A DNA stretch of 64,000 nt from Nymphaea colorata. Its lineage: Eukaryota. The notes below the pieces were generated by a model, which saw nothing but the letters and a program-made list of their open reading frames with translations, was not told where the DNA came from and did not search any database. Within the stretch, counting starts at the first letter, position 1, and every line of letters begins with the position of its first letter. Where the stretch lies: NCBI RefSeq assembly GCF_008831285.2, contig NC_045138.2, positions 4,402,001-4,466,000 on the forward strand. The letters are read 5' to 3'. The translations under genes and the position numbers were made by a program. Shown here piece by piece: positions 63,776-64,000 of this stretch.

Positions 63776-64000
63776 CCTTGAAGGGGTTGGTGCAATGGTC
63801 AGGACGGAGGTTGATAGACAACTAGTTACCGTTTCGAATCCTTAAACATCAACTCTGTATGTAGTAAAGAGAAGTCACTGATATGCAAGTTAAAGCATGG
63901 TGGGGCCAGCACCGCAAAGCACTAAAAGCAGCCCTTGCACTTTAAGTGGACGAAGGGTTGGACAGATATTTCGACTCTGTTCAGGATAGTAAGATGAAAT
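63776..64000 (+). mobile_element. Putative tRNA-derived SINE (runs off the window); sibling at ~63430-63660
   Basis: A-box-like TGGTGCAATGG (63788-63798) and B-box-like GTTTCGAATCC (63831-63841) at tRNA-like spacing. The sibling has TGGTTCAATGG / GTTTCGAATT and an A-rich tail at 63646-63660. Confidence 0.55.

Noticed and set aside
63776..63850. Functional tRNA gene
   Set aside because: A/B-box-like motifs are present, but I cannot fold a cloverleaf and similarity between copies extends far downstream, which fits a SINE better.

Overview
AT-rich, repeat-dense flowering-plant nuclear DNA (species not determinable here). The dominant feature is a complete 30-exon DNA polymerase delta catalytic subunit gene (POLD1, minus strand, 47180->18753, 1097 aa by my exon assembly). 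It has one U12-type intron, one GC-AG intron and a canonical E2F site upstream of the start codon. POLD1 intron 9 carries a very young Ty1/copia element (35923-40186, apparently identical 249-bp LTRs, AAAAC TSD). Its single open polyprotein has an in-frame deletion of the integrase C-terminus and the N-terminal half of RT, but it keeps a predicted Gag-splicing intron. Other genes are a LEA_6-type gene (2345-2602), a 63-aa PPKRG-motif small protein (15333-15524) and a 282-aa charged uncharacterised protein (54046-54894). Also present are an ESK1/TBL-like pseudogene fragment (~9085-9368), a solo LTR, an old degraded copia, many non-autonomous hAT-type elements with 8-bp TSDs (some nested), and a tRNA-derived-SINE-like repeat rearranged into a 187-bp near-perfect hairpin near the right end. 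No new multi-gene system is demonstrable. All calls are by eye; no database searches were run.
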